From contig CAZLVP010000011.1 in the NCBI GenBank assembly GCA_964563055.1, positions 4,367-68,366 on the forward strand: a stretch of DNA of 64,000 nucleotides, read 5' to 3'. The first letter of the stretch is position 1. The number at the start of each line of letters is the position of its first letter. The notes below the pieces were generated by a model that did no database searches, had not been told where the DNA came from, and worked only from the letters and a program-made list of their open reading frames with translations. Below, piece after piece: positions 8,689 to 17,348 of the stretch. Source of the stretch: an uncultured Thermoplasmatales archaeon (GTDB lineage Archaea; Thermoplasmatota; Penumbrarchaeia; Penumbrarchaeales; Penumbrarchaeaceae). Position numbers and translations under genes: made by a program.

Positions 8689-11229
8689 TTGACCTCAAGG
8701 GGGAACCTATTGAAGTTCAGGATGCTGGTGATCAGCGGCCATTACAGGAAAGAGGACCAGGGTGTGGTCATAGAGCTCTACGGCCGCACAGATGAAGGCC
8801 GCTCCGTTACGGTCCTTCATAGGGGTTTCTCACCCTATTTCCATATAGTGGAACCGAAAAGCGATGTGATGGAAGCCCTTACCAATGACCCGAAGGTAAC
8901 AGGGTTGTCCGAACGGGTTCTCTGGTTCAATGGAAAGATGAGGAGATGCTTGAAGGTCCAGATAATGTTCCCTTACGAGGTCCCGAATTATAGGAAGAGA
9001 TGGCAGGACCGAGGTTATACCATTCTGGCTGCTGACATCCCTTTTATCAACAGGTTCTTCTACGACCTTGACCTGGGAAGTTATTTGGAAGTGGAGGGAG
9101 AGCCAGTTGTGGACAGGGACCATACCACGGAGATCACCCTTCTCTCCTCATCTCTGAAGGCGATAGGTCCTTTCAAATGCAGGCTCAAGGTCCTATCGTT
9201 CGACATTGAGAACTCCATCAGGTCCGGGGAGCTGTACATGGTAGGTTATACCATTGGTTGGCTCCAGATGGACAGCAAGATGGACCTAAAGAGCGGTCAT
9301 ATCCTTCCTCCGGAAGGCGCCCAAGAGCAGATCGAACGCGAGGACAGCATCATCCAGGGGTTGGAAGAGGTCATAATGAGAGAGGACCCGGACGTCATCA
9401 CCGGTTACAACATCGATGGGTACGATATCCCACAGGTCCTCAGGAGGTGCAAGGCATTATCGATCGAAGGCCTTACAATGGGCAGGGACAGGTCCCTGAT
9501 AGAGAGCGCCGGGTTCCGCTCATGGAGGGCAAGGGGGAGGGTAGTGGTCGATGCCTGGTGGGAAGCGAAAAAGGCCTTCCGTCCCAAAAAGGAGACGCTT
9601 GAGGCGGTCTCACGGCTCCTTTTCAACGAGGGCAAGGATGACATAGATACCTCGAGGATAGAGGATGAATGGGAGACACGGAGGGACGATGTCATCCGTT
9701 ACTGTGAACGTGACTCGCTTCTTGCATTGAGGGTCCTGGACCGGACCATGGCCCTCAAGAAGGGCATGGACCTTTCTTATGTGGCCAAGCTTCCTCTGCT
9801 CGAGATCGTATCTGGCACCACATCTGTTATGATAGATTCCCTATTGATAAGGGCGGCCGATAGACGGGATATAGGTATACCATTGACACGGCACGAGGCC
9901 AAGTCCGACAAGATCGAAGGGGCCTATGTCCACTCCCTGGAACCAGGCCTCTATAAATGGGTGGTGGTCCTGGACTTCAGATCGATGTACCCTTCGTTGA
10001 TGATAGAGAACAATATCTGTTTCACGACACTGACCGCCGAACGGGAAGGGGCCAATCCATCGCCAACCGAGGGCGTAAATTTCAAGAAGGCATCCGTTAA
10101 GAGAGGTCTTGTTCCCGACCTCTTGCAGGGCCTCCTTGATGATAGGCTGCAGGCCAAGAAGAACATGAAGGCCTCCATCGGTCCCGAAGAGAGGGACTAT
10201 TACAATGGATTGCAGGAGGCCATTAAGGTCCTCATGAACTCCTTCTACGGGGTGTTCGCCTCTTATTTTTACAGGTTCACTGACAGGTCCATAGGGGCAT
10301 CGATAACGGCCTTCGCAAGGAAAAGCATAATGGAGATCATCTCAGCCCTGCAAAAGGATGGTCTCAAAGTGATATACTCCGATACGGATTCCGTATTTGT
10401 CCTCTCCCCCCATCAGGAGCTTGAAGGGACCTTGGTGTTCGGAAAGGGCCTTTCTTCCAGGTTCTCCAACGACGTCAGGGTGCTAGAGTTCGAAAAGGTC
10501 TTCTCCTCGTTCTTCTCCCACGGGAAGAAAAAGCGCTATGTGGGCAATCTCGCATGGCCCTTCGAGGACATGGTGGTCAGGGGCTACGAGATGAGGAGGT
10601 CGGACTCCTTCGACCTTCAGAGCGAGGCCCTGTCCGAACTCTTCGAGCTCCTCCTTGAGGACAGGAAGGACGAGGCCGTTGAGCTGGCGAAAAGGAAGGT
10701 GAGGGAGGTTAGGAGCGGTCTTGCAGAGACGGCCAAGCTCGTCATCTCCAGGTCTGTCCAGGAGGTCGAGAGCGAGAGGATCGCCCAGGCCTACAAGAAC
10801 CCCAAAGCCCTTGCCAACGTCCAAGCCCTTGAGAAGATGAAGAGCTATGGGATCGAGCTCGTCCCAGGCATGAAGGTATCATGGATCGTTACCGATTCAA
10901 AGAAGAAACCCCAGGAGGTCGAGCCTTATCTCGATGGTAAGCCTTTCGAATCGAGACCGGACCACAACTATTATGCCGCAAGGCTGGCTTCCACCCTTGC
11001 AAGGGCCACTGAGGTCTTCGGTGTCGACGAGAAGGAGCTTTTGACAGGGTCGTCCCAATCGACATTGCTCTCCGATTTCAGCGATAACGGGGCGGATGAT
11101 GAAGGGTCCGATGAGGACGAGAGGGTGGTGGATATCGAGGAGGCAAAACCCGGACCACTTGTGGCCGAAAAGGACCAGAACAAGGAAAAGGAAGGGGTCA
11201 AGAGGACAACGCTCGACCAATGGATGTAG
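8689..11229 (+). CDS. polB: Family B DNA polymerase (PolB), no inteins
   Basis: Exo I FDIEN, Exo II YNIDGYDIPQV, Exo III YCERDS. Motif A DFRSMYPSLM, motif B KVLMNSFYG, motif C YSDTDSVFV, and KKKRYVG. Acidic tail ends in a PIP-like TLDQWM. ATG 8722 is an alternative start. Confidence 0.95.
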   Translation: MTSRGNLLKFRMLVISGHYRKEDQGVVIELYGRTDEGRSVTVLHRGFSPYFHIVEPKSDVMEALTNDPKVTGLSERVLWFNGKMRRCLKVQIMFPYEVPNYRKRWQDRGYTILAADIPFINRFFYDLDLGSYLEVEGEPVVDRDHTTEITLLSSSLKAIGPFKCRLKVLSFDIENSIRSGELYMVGYTIGWLQMDSKMDLKSGHILPPEGAQEQIEREDSIIQGLEEVIMREDPDVITGYNIDGYDIPQVLRRCKALSIEGLTMGRDRSLIESAGFRSWRARGRVVVDAWWEAKKAFRPKKETLEAVSRLLFNEGKDDIDTSRIEDEWETRRDDVIRYCERDSLLALRVLDRTMALKKGMDLSYVAKLPLLEIVSGTTSVMIDSLLIRAADRRDIGIPLTRHEAKSDKIEGAYVHSLEPGLYKWVVVLDFRSMYPSLMIENNICFTTLTAEREGANPSPTEGVNFKKASVKRGLVPDLLQGLLDDRLQAKKNMKASIGPEERDYYNGLQEAIKVLMNSFYGVFASYFYRFTDRSIGASITAFARKSIMEIISALQKDGLKVIYSDTDSVFVLSPHQELEGTLVFGKGLSSRFSNDVRVLEFEKVFSSFFSHGKKKRYVGNLAWPFEDMVVRGYEMRRSDSFDLQSEALSELFELLLEDRKDEAVELAKRKVREVRSGLAETAKLVISRSVQEVESERIAQAYKNPKALANVQALEKMKSYGIELVPGMKVSWIVTDSKKKPQEVEPYLDGKPFESRPDHNYYAARLASTLARATEVFGVDEKELLTGSSQSTLLSDFSDNGADDEGSDEDERVVDIEEAKPGPLVAEKDQNKEKEGVKRTTLDQWM

Positions 11230-12219
11230 GTGGACGATTTGAGACAGCTGTTCCTGTTATCCTTCGACGAAAGGTCGGACATGATGGTCAGAAGGACCGT
11301 CGGCCTCATAGATGGCCTAGGCTATCGCATCCATTTCAGGACCACCGATTCCGAAAGCTATTCGGTAAAGGAGAACGATGTCAGCGAACCGGTCCATGCG
11401 GTACCCGATGTCGGAGGCCGACAGGATGTTTTTGGCCCACTTCAAAGGACCCTCCACCCGCTCGAGGTCAGACCTAAACAGGCCACCAATCCTCTCCTGT
11501 TATCCAACAAGGACGCCGAGCTACTGGACCGTCTTGAGGAACCAATAACTACCGGGGACCTTGTCCTCTTTCTGTGCGATATCTATTGCAGGGAATCACA
11601 CATCCTTGCCTTCGCTCTCTCTGAACGAGTGATGGTCAAACAGGCCCTGTCGCTCTGCCTGCTCCATAGGGACGATGTTCCCCTCAGGTTCGACTCGCTT
11701 GATGAGCTAAATAAGGACTATTTGAGGTTCAATGTCCACTTCAACGGTGTCATTGGACTTAGCCCGCTCGTTTCCGGGGGTGGTGTGTATGTCGAGCTTG
11801 CCAACCTCGTGAGGCACCTGGCCCATTTCTCTTTCAGACCCGGCCTCGTCAACCTCGATCAGGCCGATCTTCTAGTAACGTCCAAGGGTGGGACCGTGCT
11901 CGTCATGACCTACGGAAGCGAGCGGCCAGGTGGGAACCCTGCAGCGACCTCGGCAATGGATGCATTGGAGAACCCCATATGCGATGTGGACCTGACGAGC
12001 GTGAGGAAGGCCTTGGTCTGTATAATTGGGAACGATGACCTTAGTATCGAGGACTCTCTCGTCGCTGCAGAGGTGCTCAAGAAGCGCATAAGGAACGATG
12101 CCAGGATCATCTGGGGTGTCACGGTCGTCCCTGACCCCGAACAGGAGATGGAGGTTTTCCTGGTCCTTGCTACGACCCCTATGGAACTACTGACCCATTG
12201 GTATTCCAAAGGCGTCTGA
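11230..12219 (+). CDS. FtsZ/tubulin-fold protein lacking the GTP-binding signature (degenerate FtsZ-like)
   Basis: The C-terminal half aligns by eye to the FtsZ C-terminal domain (VNLDQADLLV..GGTVLVMTYG...AMDALENP...KALVCIIGNDDLSIED...ARIIWGVTVVPDP..EVFLVLATTP). The position of GGGTGTG reads CDIYCRESHIL. GTG start directly after the polB TAG, in the same frame. An ATG 16-17 codons downstream is an alternative start. Confidence 0.55.
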   Translation: MDDLRQLFLLSFDERSDMMVRRTVGLIDGLGYRIHFRTTDSESYSVKENDVSEPVHAVPDVGGRQDVFGPLQRTLHPLEVRPKQATNPLLLSNKDAELLDRLEEPITTGDLVLFLCDIYCRESHILAFALSERVMVKQALSLCLLHRDDVPLRFDSLDELNKDYLRFNVHFNGVIGLSPLVSGGGVYVELANLVRHLAHFSFRPGLVNLDQADLLVTSKGGTVLVMTYGSERPGGNPAATSAMDALENPICDVDLTSVRKALVCIIGNDDLSIEDSLVAAEVLKKRIRNDARIIWGVTVVPDPEQEMEVFLVLATTPMELLTHWYSKGV

Positions 12220-12221
12220 AA

Positions 12222-13208
12222 TCACTTGAGTATCCCGGTCCTTCCACAGGTCTCACATTCGAACCTATAAGGCCTTTCATCTGTTCCTACCTTGATCTCG
12301 GCACCGCATCGGCATTTGATGAAAGAGGCTTCCCCCTCTACTCCCCAATCCTCGAAATCCCCTCCCTCCCCCCAGTCAGCATCCTCCTCTGGACCCTCCT
12401 CATCAACCTCCTTCCTTTCTTTGGGACCATCGTCCTCCGCGCTCTCCTTGGCACCTTCGCTCCCATCCTCAACGTCCCAGTGCTCCTCAAGGTCCTCCTC
12501 ATCGCCGAACATCTCTTCATCGAGATATGTACCCCGTCTTTTTCTTGCCTTAGGTGATACTACCTCAGGAGATCTCTCATCGGGTTCTCTGTCCGTAACA
12601 ATATGTTGTTCATGAATGGGACCTTCCTCGTGGTCCTCTCCAGGCGAATGTATGACCTTATCCCCGTCAGGACCCGGCATGTATGGGCCTTCTATCATCG
12701 GCTCTACAGCGACCTGGGCCCTCATGGCCATCTCGTCAAGGCAATTCGTGAACCTCTCCCTTGCCTTCTCGTAGCTTGGTTCTAGATCGAGGGCTTTGTA
12801 GAAGCATGCGAGGGCTTGTCTCAAGCCTCCCGTATCCATTAGTACAACCCCCTTGGAATACCAGACCTTCGATATCCCCTGGTCGAGCCTCAATGCCGTA
12901 TCGAACGCCCCTATCGCCTCATCGTAGCGTTTCATCTTAGCGAGAACGACCCCCTTCGAGTTAAAGAGCTGGGCGTTTTCAGGTCCGAGCTCAATCATAT
13001 CCTCTATGGATTCCAATGCGAGCTCGAAATCCTCTTCCGTAATGGCCCTTTCCAGCTCCTTGTTAAGCCGGTCCATCCTGCTGTAGCTCATGGAAGGTCC
13101 TCTATGACCCGGTGGTCCGTACTGAAGGCACGGACATGATTGGGGTGCTATCTCCATAGAATAGGAAGGGTTTTTAAGGTTTTGGAACAAACGATGAACA
13201 TTGACCAA
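12222..13208 (-). CDS. TPR-repeat protein with an acidic linker and a C-terminal zinc ribbon
   Basis: TPR units (AQLFNSKGVVLAKMKRYDEAIGAFDTALRLDQ, SKVWYSKGVVLMDTGGLRQALACFYKALDLEP). A long D/E-rich segment. C-terminal CRCG...CETCG. The start is uncertain; ATG at 13091 is possible. Confidence 0.65.
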   Translation of the reverse strand: MVNVHRLFQNLKNPSYSMEIAPQSCPCLQYGPPGHRGPSMSYSRMDRLNKELERAITEEDFELALESIEDMIELGPENAQLFNSKGVVLAKMKRYDEAIGAFDTALRLDQGISKVWYSKGVVLMDTGGLRQALACFYKALDLEPSYEKARERFTNCLDEMAMRAQVAVEPMIEGPYMPGPDGDKVIHSPGEDHEEGPIHEQHIVTDREPDERSPEVVSPKARKRRGTYLDEEMFGDEEDLEEHWDVEDGSEGAKESAEDDGPKERKEVDEEGPEEDADWGEGGDFEDWGVEGEASFIKCRCGAEIKVGTDERPYRFECETCGRTGILK

Positions 13209-13220
13209 ATAGGACCATCT

Positions 13221-14180
13221 TTAAGGAACGAGGGCGAAGGCGGCCATCAAACCCCCAGCGGCATCCCCGATCGGGTGTGAACCAAAATTACGATGATTAT
13301 CTACGATCATGCAACCTTGACCAGCACCAGCGCTGTCCACCAGGTCCAATAGAGACCTAGGAAGGTCTGGGTCCGCTCCCATTGAGAATAGCCCCACTTT
13401 TAACATTTCAAGCGATCTCAAAGCAGAAAGATGGATACTGGCAGTAGAGGACATCAGGGGACCATTGCCTTTCAATTCTTTCATCGATGAGCCCATTGAT
13501 GATACCACTTCACCCCGGGCCTTCTCGAGAATAGGTTGATCAGTTCCTTTGCTGTCCGTTCCACCGGAGAGCAATGACCTGATCGAATTGAGGACCAGTT
13601 CCCTTAGTCGCTCTCTTGCCCCTTCAGGTCCATCAATGAAAAGTTCAAGGTCCTTTTGTGCTTTCAGACCAACCTCGGGCCATTTGAGCACGGTCAATAT
13701 CTCCTCTTCGAACCCAGCATCGATGAAGTGCCTACTGAGCGCAACGGCCTCGTAGAACAACAACCCCGTTCCAGGGAGGACCATCGCTGGCCTTACCATA
13801 TCACAGATACGTCTATAACAGGCCTCAACATGTTCCCTGTCCCTGGCCCGTCTCACAACGAACTTACCTGAGCGGTAAAGGTGGACCCTTGTATCTTCCT
13901 CTATGATGGCTAGACCGTACCCCAATGCCTGGGACCACCTTGGTTCTATGAAAGGCCCGTTCATGAATAGCGTTCCGAGAGCGGGGATGTCCAGAAGGAC
14001 AGCAAGGTCGGAGAAAGGGTCCTTCAAAGTACCTTCCATGGTATATCGGGTGTATTCTGAGCAAGGAGATACGTCCCTTATGGACGCATGCTCCCTCTTC
14101 AATGGTCCCTGGACCTGCCCTCTTTCGAAGGTTAGTCGTTCGGTAATGATTTTTAGGGCCCTTACCTTCTGCTCGTCCAT
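13221..14180 (-). CDS. Hypothetical protein (320 aa)
   Basis: Start set to ATG at 14180 (MDEQKVRALK...). The 420-aa track ORF would overlap the divergent glycerate kinase start. I recognise no family motif. Confidence 0.5.
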   Translation of the reverse strand: MDEQKVRALKIITERLTFERGQVQGPLKREHASIRDVSPCSEYTRYTMEGTLKDPFSDLAVLLDIPALGTLFMNGPFIEPRWSQALGYGLAIIEEDTRVHLYRSGKFVVRRARDREHVEACYRRICDMVRPAMVLPGTGLLFYEAVALSRHFIDAGFEEEILTVLKWPEVGLKAQKDLELFIDGPEGARERLRELVLNSIRSLLSGGTDSKGTDQPILEKARGEVVSSMGSSMKELKGNGPLMSSTASIHLSALRSLEMLKVGLFSMGADPDLPRSLLDLVDSAGAGQGCMIVDNHRNFGSHPIGDAAGGLMAAFALVP

Positions 14181-14247
14181 CCTTTTACCTCTTTGCCATC
14201 GAAAATTTGAAGTTTTTCCCTGCCCTTGAAGGTAGAGAGAACCGTTC

Positions 14248-15582
14248 ATGCACCTTAAAAGTTGGGATGATGAGCCGCTCAGGTCCCCGGTGGAGGATAT
14301 GTTCCGGGCATTGGACCCCGTCTTGCTTGTCTCCAAGGCGATATCAAAGGAAAGCGGTGGTCTGGCATTCAGGGGTCTGGACGATCCCAAATGGGATTGC
14401 TCTGGATACCTGGATACATCGATAGGAAGGACCGCCGTTATTGCAGTGGGTAAGGCCGCTCCCTCAATGATAGAAGGTGCCATCCAAGGACTTCAAGGTG
14501 TTGGGATAGAGGCTTCGGGGCCACTCCTCTGCATCTCTTCCGTATCCGTCACAGATGAAAGGAAGTTACCGGGAGTCATCTACCTAAAGGGAGAGCACCC
14601 ATTTCCGGGACCGGGAACGGAACTGAACGTCAATTTACTGAAGGATATGATATCCGGCCTCGGGAAGGATGATGCTGTTATCTTCTTGCTATCTGGCGGA
14701 GCTTCATCGCTTACTTTCTACCCCGTAACTGGCCTAGACCCCAGCCTTAAAAGTGGGACGATCAGGAAAGCTATGATGTCAGGGGCCGATATCCATGAGC
14801 TGAACAGCATCAGAAGGGCCCTATCCTTGACGAAGGGAGGAAGGCTTTTGGGTGGTTTCAAGGGCAAGGGATGGATAACGCTTGCCTTGTCCGATGTCAT
14901 GAGCGATGACCCCCGGTTCGTCGGGTCAGGTCTCTCCTATCCTTGGAAAGTGGGAATCGATGACCTTAGGACCATCCTGACCAAATACGTCCTGGAGAGG
15001 ACCGATATCGAGGAACTCCTAGCTATTGCCGAACGGAACATGGAACGGTCCTTAGAGACCGGGAACATCAATCTAAAGAACATCATGATAGCGAACAATC
15101 GGACTGCGGTCGAGACCCTTTCAAGTGTACTGAAGGGTAATGGTCTCAATGTCCAAATTTCCAAGGACAGGTTCACTGGCGAAGCTAGACCTGTGGCAAT
15201 TGACCTCTTGGCCCAAGCAAGGAACATGGCAGGGCCCAAAGGGTCCGATGCCTTTGTCATGGGCGGGGAGACAACAGTTAAGGTCAAAGGTAAGGGTAGG
15301 GGTGGACGATGCTCGGAGATGGCGTTATCGGTCCTTCCTCTTCTTGAGGGCGGGGAAACCGTGGCCTTTCTGACCACCGATGGTGTGGATGGGAACTGGA
15401 ACGGTGGTGGTGCGATCGTCAGAAAATGCTCTGTGGACCATGATATCATCGTTCGATATCTTGAAGATAATGACTCTGGTAGCTTCTTCGACAGGTTCGG
15501 TGGAAAGGTATCAATCGGTCCGACATGGAACAACCTAGGGGACCTCTTCCTCTACATCAGTTCCGGGCTCTCCTTGCGCTAG
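14248..15582 (+). CDS. Glycerate 2-kinase (MOFRL / TtuD family)
   Basis: VIAVGKAAPSM, FLLSGGASSL, ALSDVMSDDPRFVGSG, MGGETTVKVKGKGRGGRCSEMAL, LTTDGVDG and the C-terminal GPTWNNLGDL all follow the MOFRL glycerate kinase pattern. Confidence 0.8.
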   Translation: MHLKSWDDEPLRSPVEDMFRALDPVLLVSKAISKESGGLAFRGLDDPKWDCSGYLDTSIGRTAVIAVGKAAPSMIEGAIQGLQGVGIEASGPLLCISSVSVTDERKLPGVIYLKGEHPFPGPGTELNVNLLKDMISGLGKDDAVIFLLSGGASSLTFYPVTGLDPSLKSGTIRKAMMSGADIHELNSIRRALSLTKGGRLLGGFKGKGWITLALSDVMSDDPRFVGSGLSYPWKVGIDDLRTILTKYVLERTDIEELLAIAERNMERSLETGNINLKNIMIANNRTAVETLSSVLKGNGLNVQISKDRFTGEARPVAIDLLAQARNMAGPKGSDAFVMGGETTVKVKGKGRGGRCSEMALSVLPLLEGGETVAFLTTDGVDGNWNGGGAIVRKCSVDHDIIVRYLEDNDSGSFFDRFGGKVSIGPTWNNLGDLFLYISSGLSLR

Positions 15583-16350
15583 GTCCTCGCCCCCGGCATA
15601 GACGTATTGGACGGCACGATAGATCCCTTCCATACCCTCTTTGGTCTGTGATGAGACAGGGAATACCCTTGAAAAGAGGCCGAGCCCTTCCAAGGCCCTG
15701 AAGATGTTCACCGAAAGCTCGGTGGCCATGTTCGAGGACCTGGAAGCCTCTTCCATGCTGTCATCATGAAGTGTATCCGGGTATTCCAGCCACCTTGTCA
15801 ATCTTTCCATTAGGGCGGGTTCTACCATGTCCGACTTGGATATGATCTCAACGGAAGGTATCTGGAACCTGAGCCTCGCAAGGCTCGACAGCATCAACTG
15901 GCTTATCAGACCAGAGGGGGTCCTGGCATTGAACGGGTCTATGAGATAGACCATGAAGGACCTTGCTGGTAGTATCCCTTTCACTATCTCCCTAGCCGAC
16001 TCCCTGAAGGTGAAGAGTTCCATTTGTCCCGGTGTATCAAGGAGCACGAACTGATCGATATCAGTGTCTATGCCCTTCAGGACCTTGTCCCTGTTGAGGG
16101 CAACAAGGTCGGAGGCCACGATCTGGGCTCCGTTGGGTCCGAGACCGTACTCCTCCATCACATCGGCCAATGTGACCCAGTCCCTTACATCTATATCGGG
16201 TTCGTAAGGGATCAGGTCCGCTCCAGGGTCAAGGTTGACAAGCATGTGGTTGTAACCGTTCTCAGAGAGATAACCGGAGAACGATGCCGCAAGGCTTGAT
16301 TTTCCGCAACCCGCTGTCCCAAGGATATATATTGCTACCGGTCCGGTCAT
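15535..16350 (-). CDS. GPN-loop GTPase
   Basis: P-loop GTAGCGKSS, NLDPGA, and the diagnostic GLGPNGA (GPN) loop. Its 3' end overlaps the convergent glycerate kinase gene by 48 nt. Confidence 0.85.
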   Translation of the reverse strand: MTGPVAIYILGTAGCGKSSLAASFSGYLSENGYNHMLVNLDPGADLIPYEPDIDVRDWVTLADVMEEYGLGPNGAQIVASDLVALNRDKVLKGIDTDIDQFVLLDTPGQMELFTFRESAREIVKGILPARSFMVYLIDPFNARTPSGLISQLMLSSLARLRFQIPSVEIISKSDMVEPALMERLTRWLEYPDTLHDDSMEEASRSSNMATELSVNIFRALEGLGLFSRVFPVSSQTKEGMEGIYRAVQYVYAGGEDLAQGEPGTDVEEEVP

Positions 16351-16353
16351 GAC

Positions 16354-16611
16354 CTAACCTCCTGATGCTACTCTAATGACCTTCAAGGTCCTACCCACAT
16401 AGGTCCCGTCAAGACGCTCGTCGAGAGGGAGTGGTCCATCTTCGTCGATGACCAACACCCCATCTGGCGGATGACCCGCCCTCCTGATGAGGGATATGAG
16501 CTGCTCCTGATCATCGAATGGGATGGTCCGTTTCGTCCCATCCCTCCATGATACGAGCGTTAAGCTCCTCTCATTTGCTTCCAGGTCCACCCCCCCCTTC
16601 GTTTTTGCCAC
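16354..16611 (-). CDS. Ubiquitin-like beta-grasp protein of the ThiS/MoaD/SAMP type, ending in Gly-Gly
   Basis: 85 aa. ...PPDGVLVIDEDGPLPLDERLDGTYVGRTLKVIRVASGG-stop matches the ThiS/SAMP2 layout with a C-terminal diglycine. Confidence 0.6.
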   Translation of the reverse strand: MAKTKGGVDLEANERSLTLVSWRDGTKRTIPFDDQEQLISLIRRAGHPPDGVLVIDEDGPLPLDERLDGTYVGRTLKVIRVASGG

Positions 16612-17290
16612 CCTCTTTCAACACGGACCTCGTCTGGTTGAAAAGATATCCCATAAGGGCCTTCTGCCCGCTGTCCCTCCTGCTGAACAGGGACATTAAC
16701 AATGCTGTGGTGAGGAGACCAGCGGCAACACCTGTCGGAAAGCCGGTCAAGATCCTTGTAGGGTTGGTCGATTCATAATGGATACCGAAGGGGAGCAGAC
16801 CCAATCCGCTCATCATCTGGACCCCGCCGTCCACTGCAGTAGGCATCAGAAGAAGGATGAGAAGGACTATGAACGAGAGCATGGGCTTTTTGAACACTAA
16901 CCCCTTCCTGTATCTGTTCGGCAACTGACCCAGTACAGTTAGTGATGGGTCATCGTCGACTGAAGCCCTGACCAACAAGGCGGCACCAAGCATTATTCCC
17001 GTGAAGATGGCAACGTCGCGAGCGCATACTGGAAGCTGGTTCCCGTTCAGTATGAGCGATCTTTCCTCTATCTGATGGCAGTTGTAATCGCCAAAGAGGT
17101 AGATTATAGAAGCGAACGGATTGAGCTTGGACCATTTGCTGGTATAGTCGAGAGCGTTCGCCCTCCCCTCCAGTCCTATTACGGTGCCCTTCTCAAGGGT
17201 CATGGGTGCCAGGAAGAGTGATAGGACAAGCAGAAGGTCTAAGGCGAAGACTATGATAGCGACCTTGTGAACGAAACGGCTCTTGATCAA
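16571..17290 (-). CDS. DUF2085-family membrane protein
   Basis: Multi-TM protein. The CHQIEERS...LPVCARDVAIFTG motif is characteristic of DUF2085. It overlaps the downstream SAMP-like ORF by 41 nt. Confidence 0.6.
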   Translation of the reverse strand: MIKSRFVHKVAIIVFALDLLLVLSLFLAPMTLEKGTVIGLEGRANALDYTSKWSKLNPFASIIYLFGDYNCHQIEERSLILNGNQLPVCARDVAIFTGIMLGAALLVRASVDDDPSLTVLGQLPNRYRKGLVFKKPMLSFIVLLILLLMPTAVDGGVQMMSGLGLLPFGIHYESTNPTRILTGFPTGVAAGLLTTALLMSLFSRRDSGQKALMGYLFNQTRSVLKEGGKNEGGGGPGSK

Positions 17291-17348
17291 ATAGGCACCG
17301 GACCCTGTAACAACATTTCCGGATTGATAACCTTCCGGTTTCGTTCCA

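Noticed and set aside
11227-11229. The in-frame TAG between polB and the FtsZ-like ORF as evidence for amber recoding (pyrrolysine or stop-codon reassignment)
   Set aside because: TAG also terminates several well-delimited genes here: the EF-Tu-like gene at 7446-7448, glycerate kinase at 15580-15582, the GPN GTPase and the SAMP-like gene. TAG therefore functions as an ordinary stop. The shared frame has a one-in-three chance of occurring by coincidence. It is kept only as a side note in the FtsZ-like finding.
13221-14483. N-terminally extended track ORFs: 13221-14483, 22665-23414, 28292-29362, 45132-45938, 51170-51781, 51526-52320 and 59193-60020
   Set aside because: The extensions overlap neighbouring genes or promoters and add non-homologous sequence. 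Internal ATGs with RBS-like or TATA context coincide with the family N-termini (for example [17 protein letters not shown]..., MNIVLAGVGG). The shorter coordinates were used.
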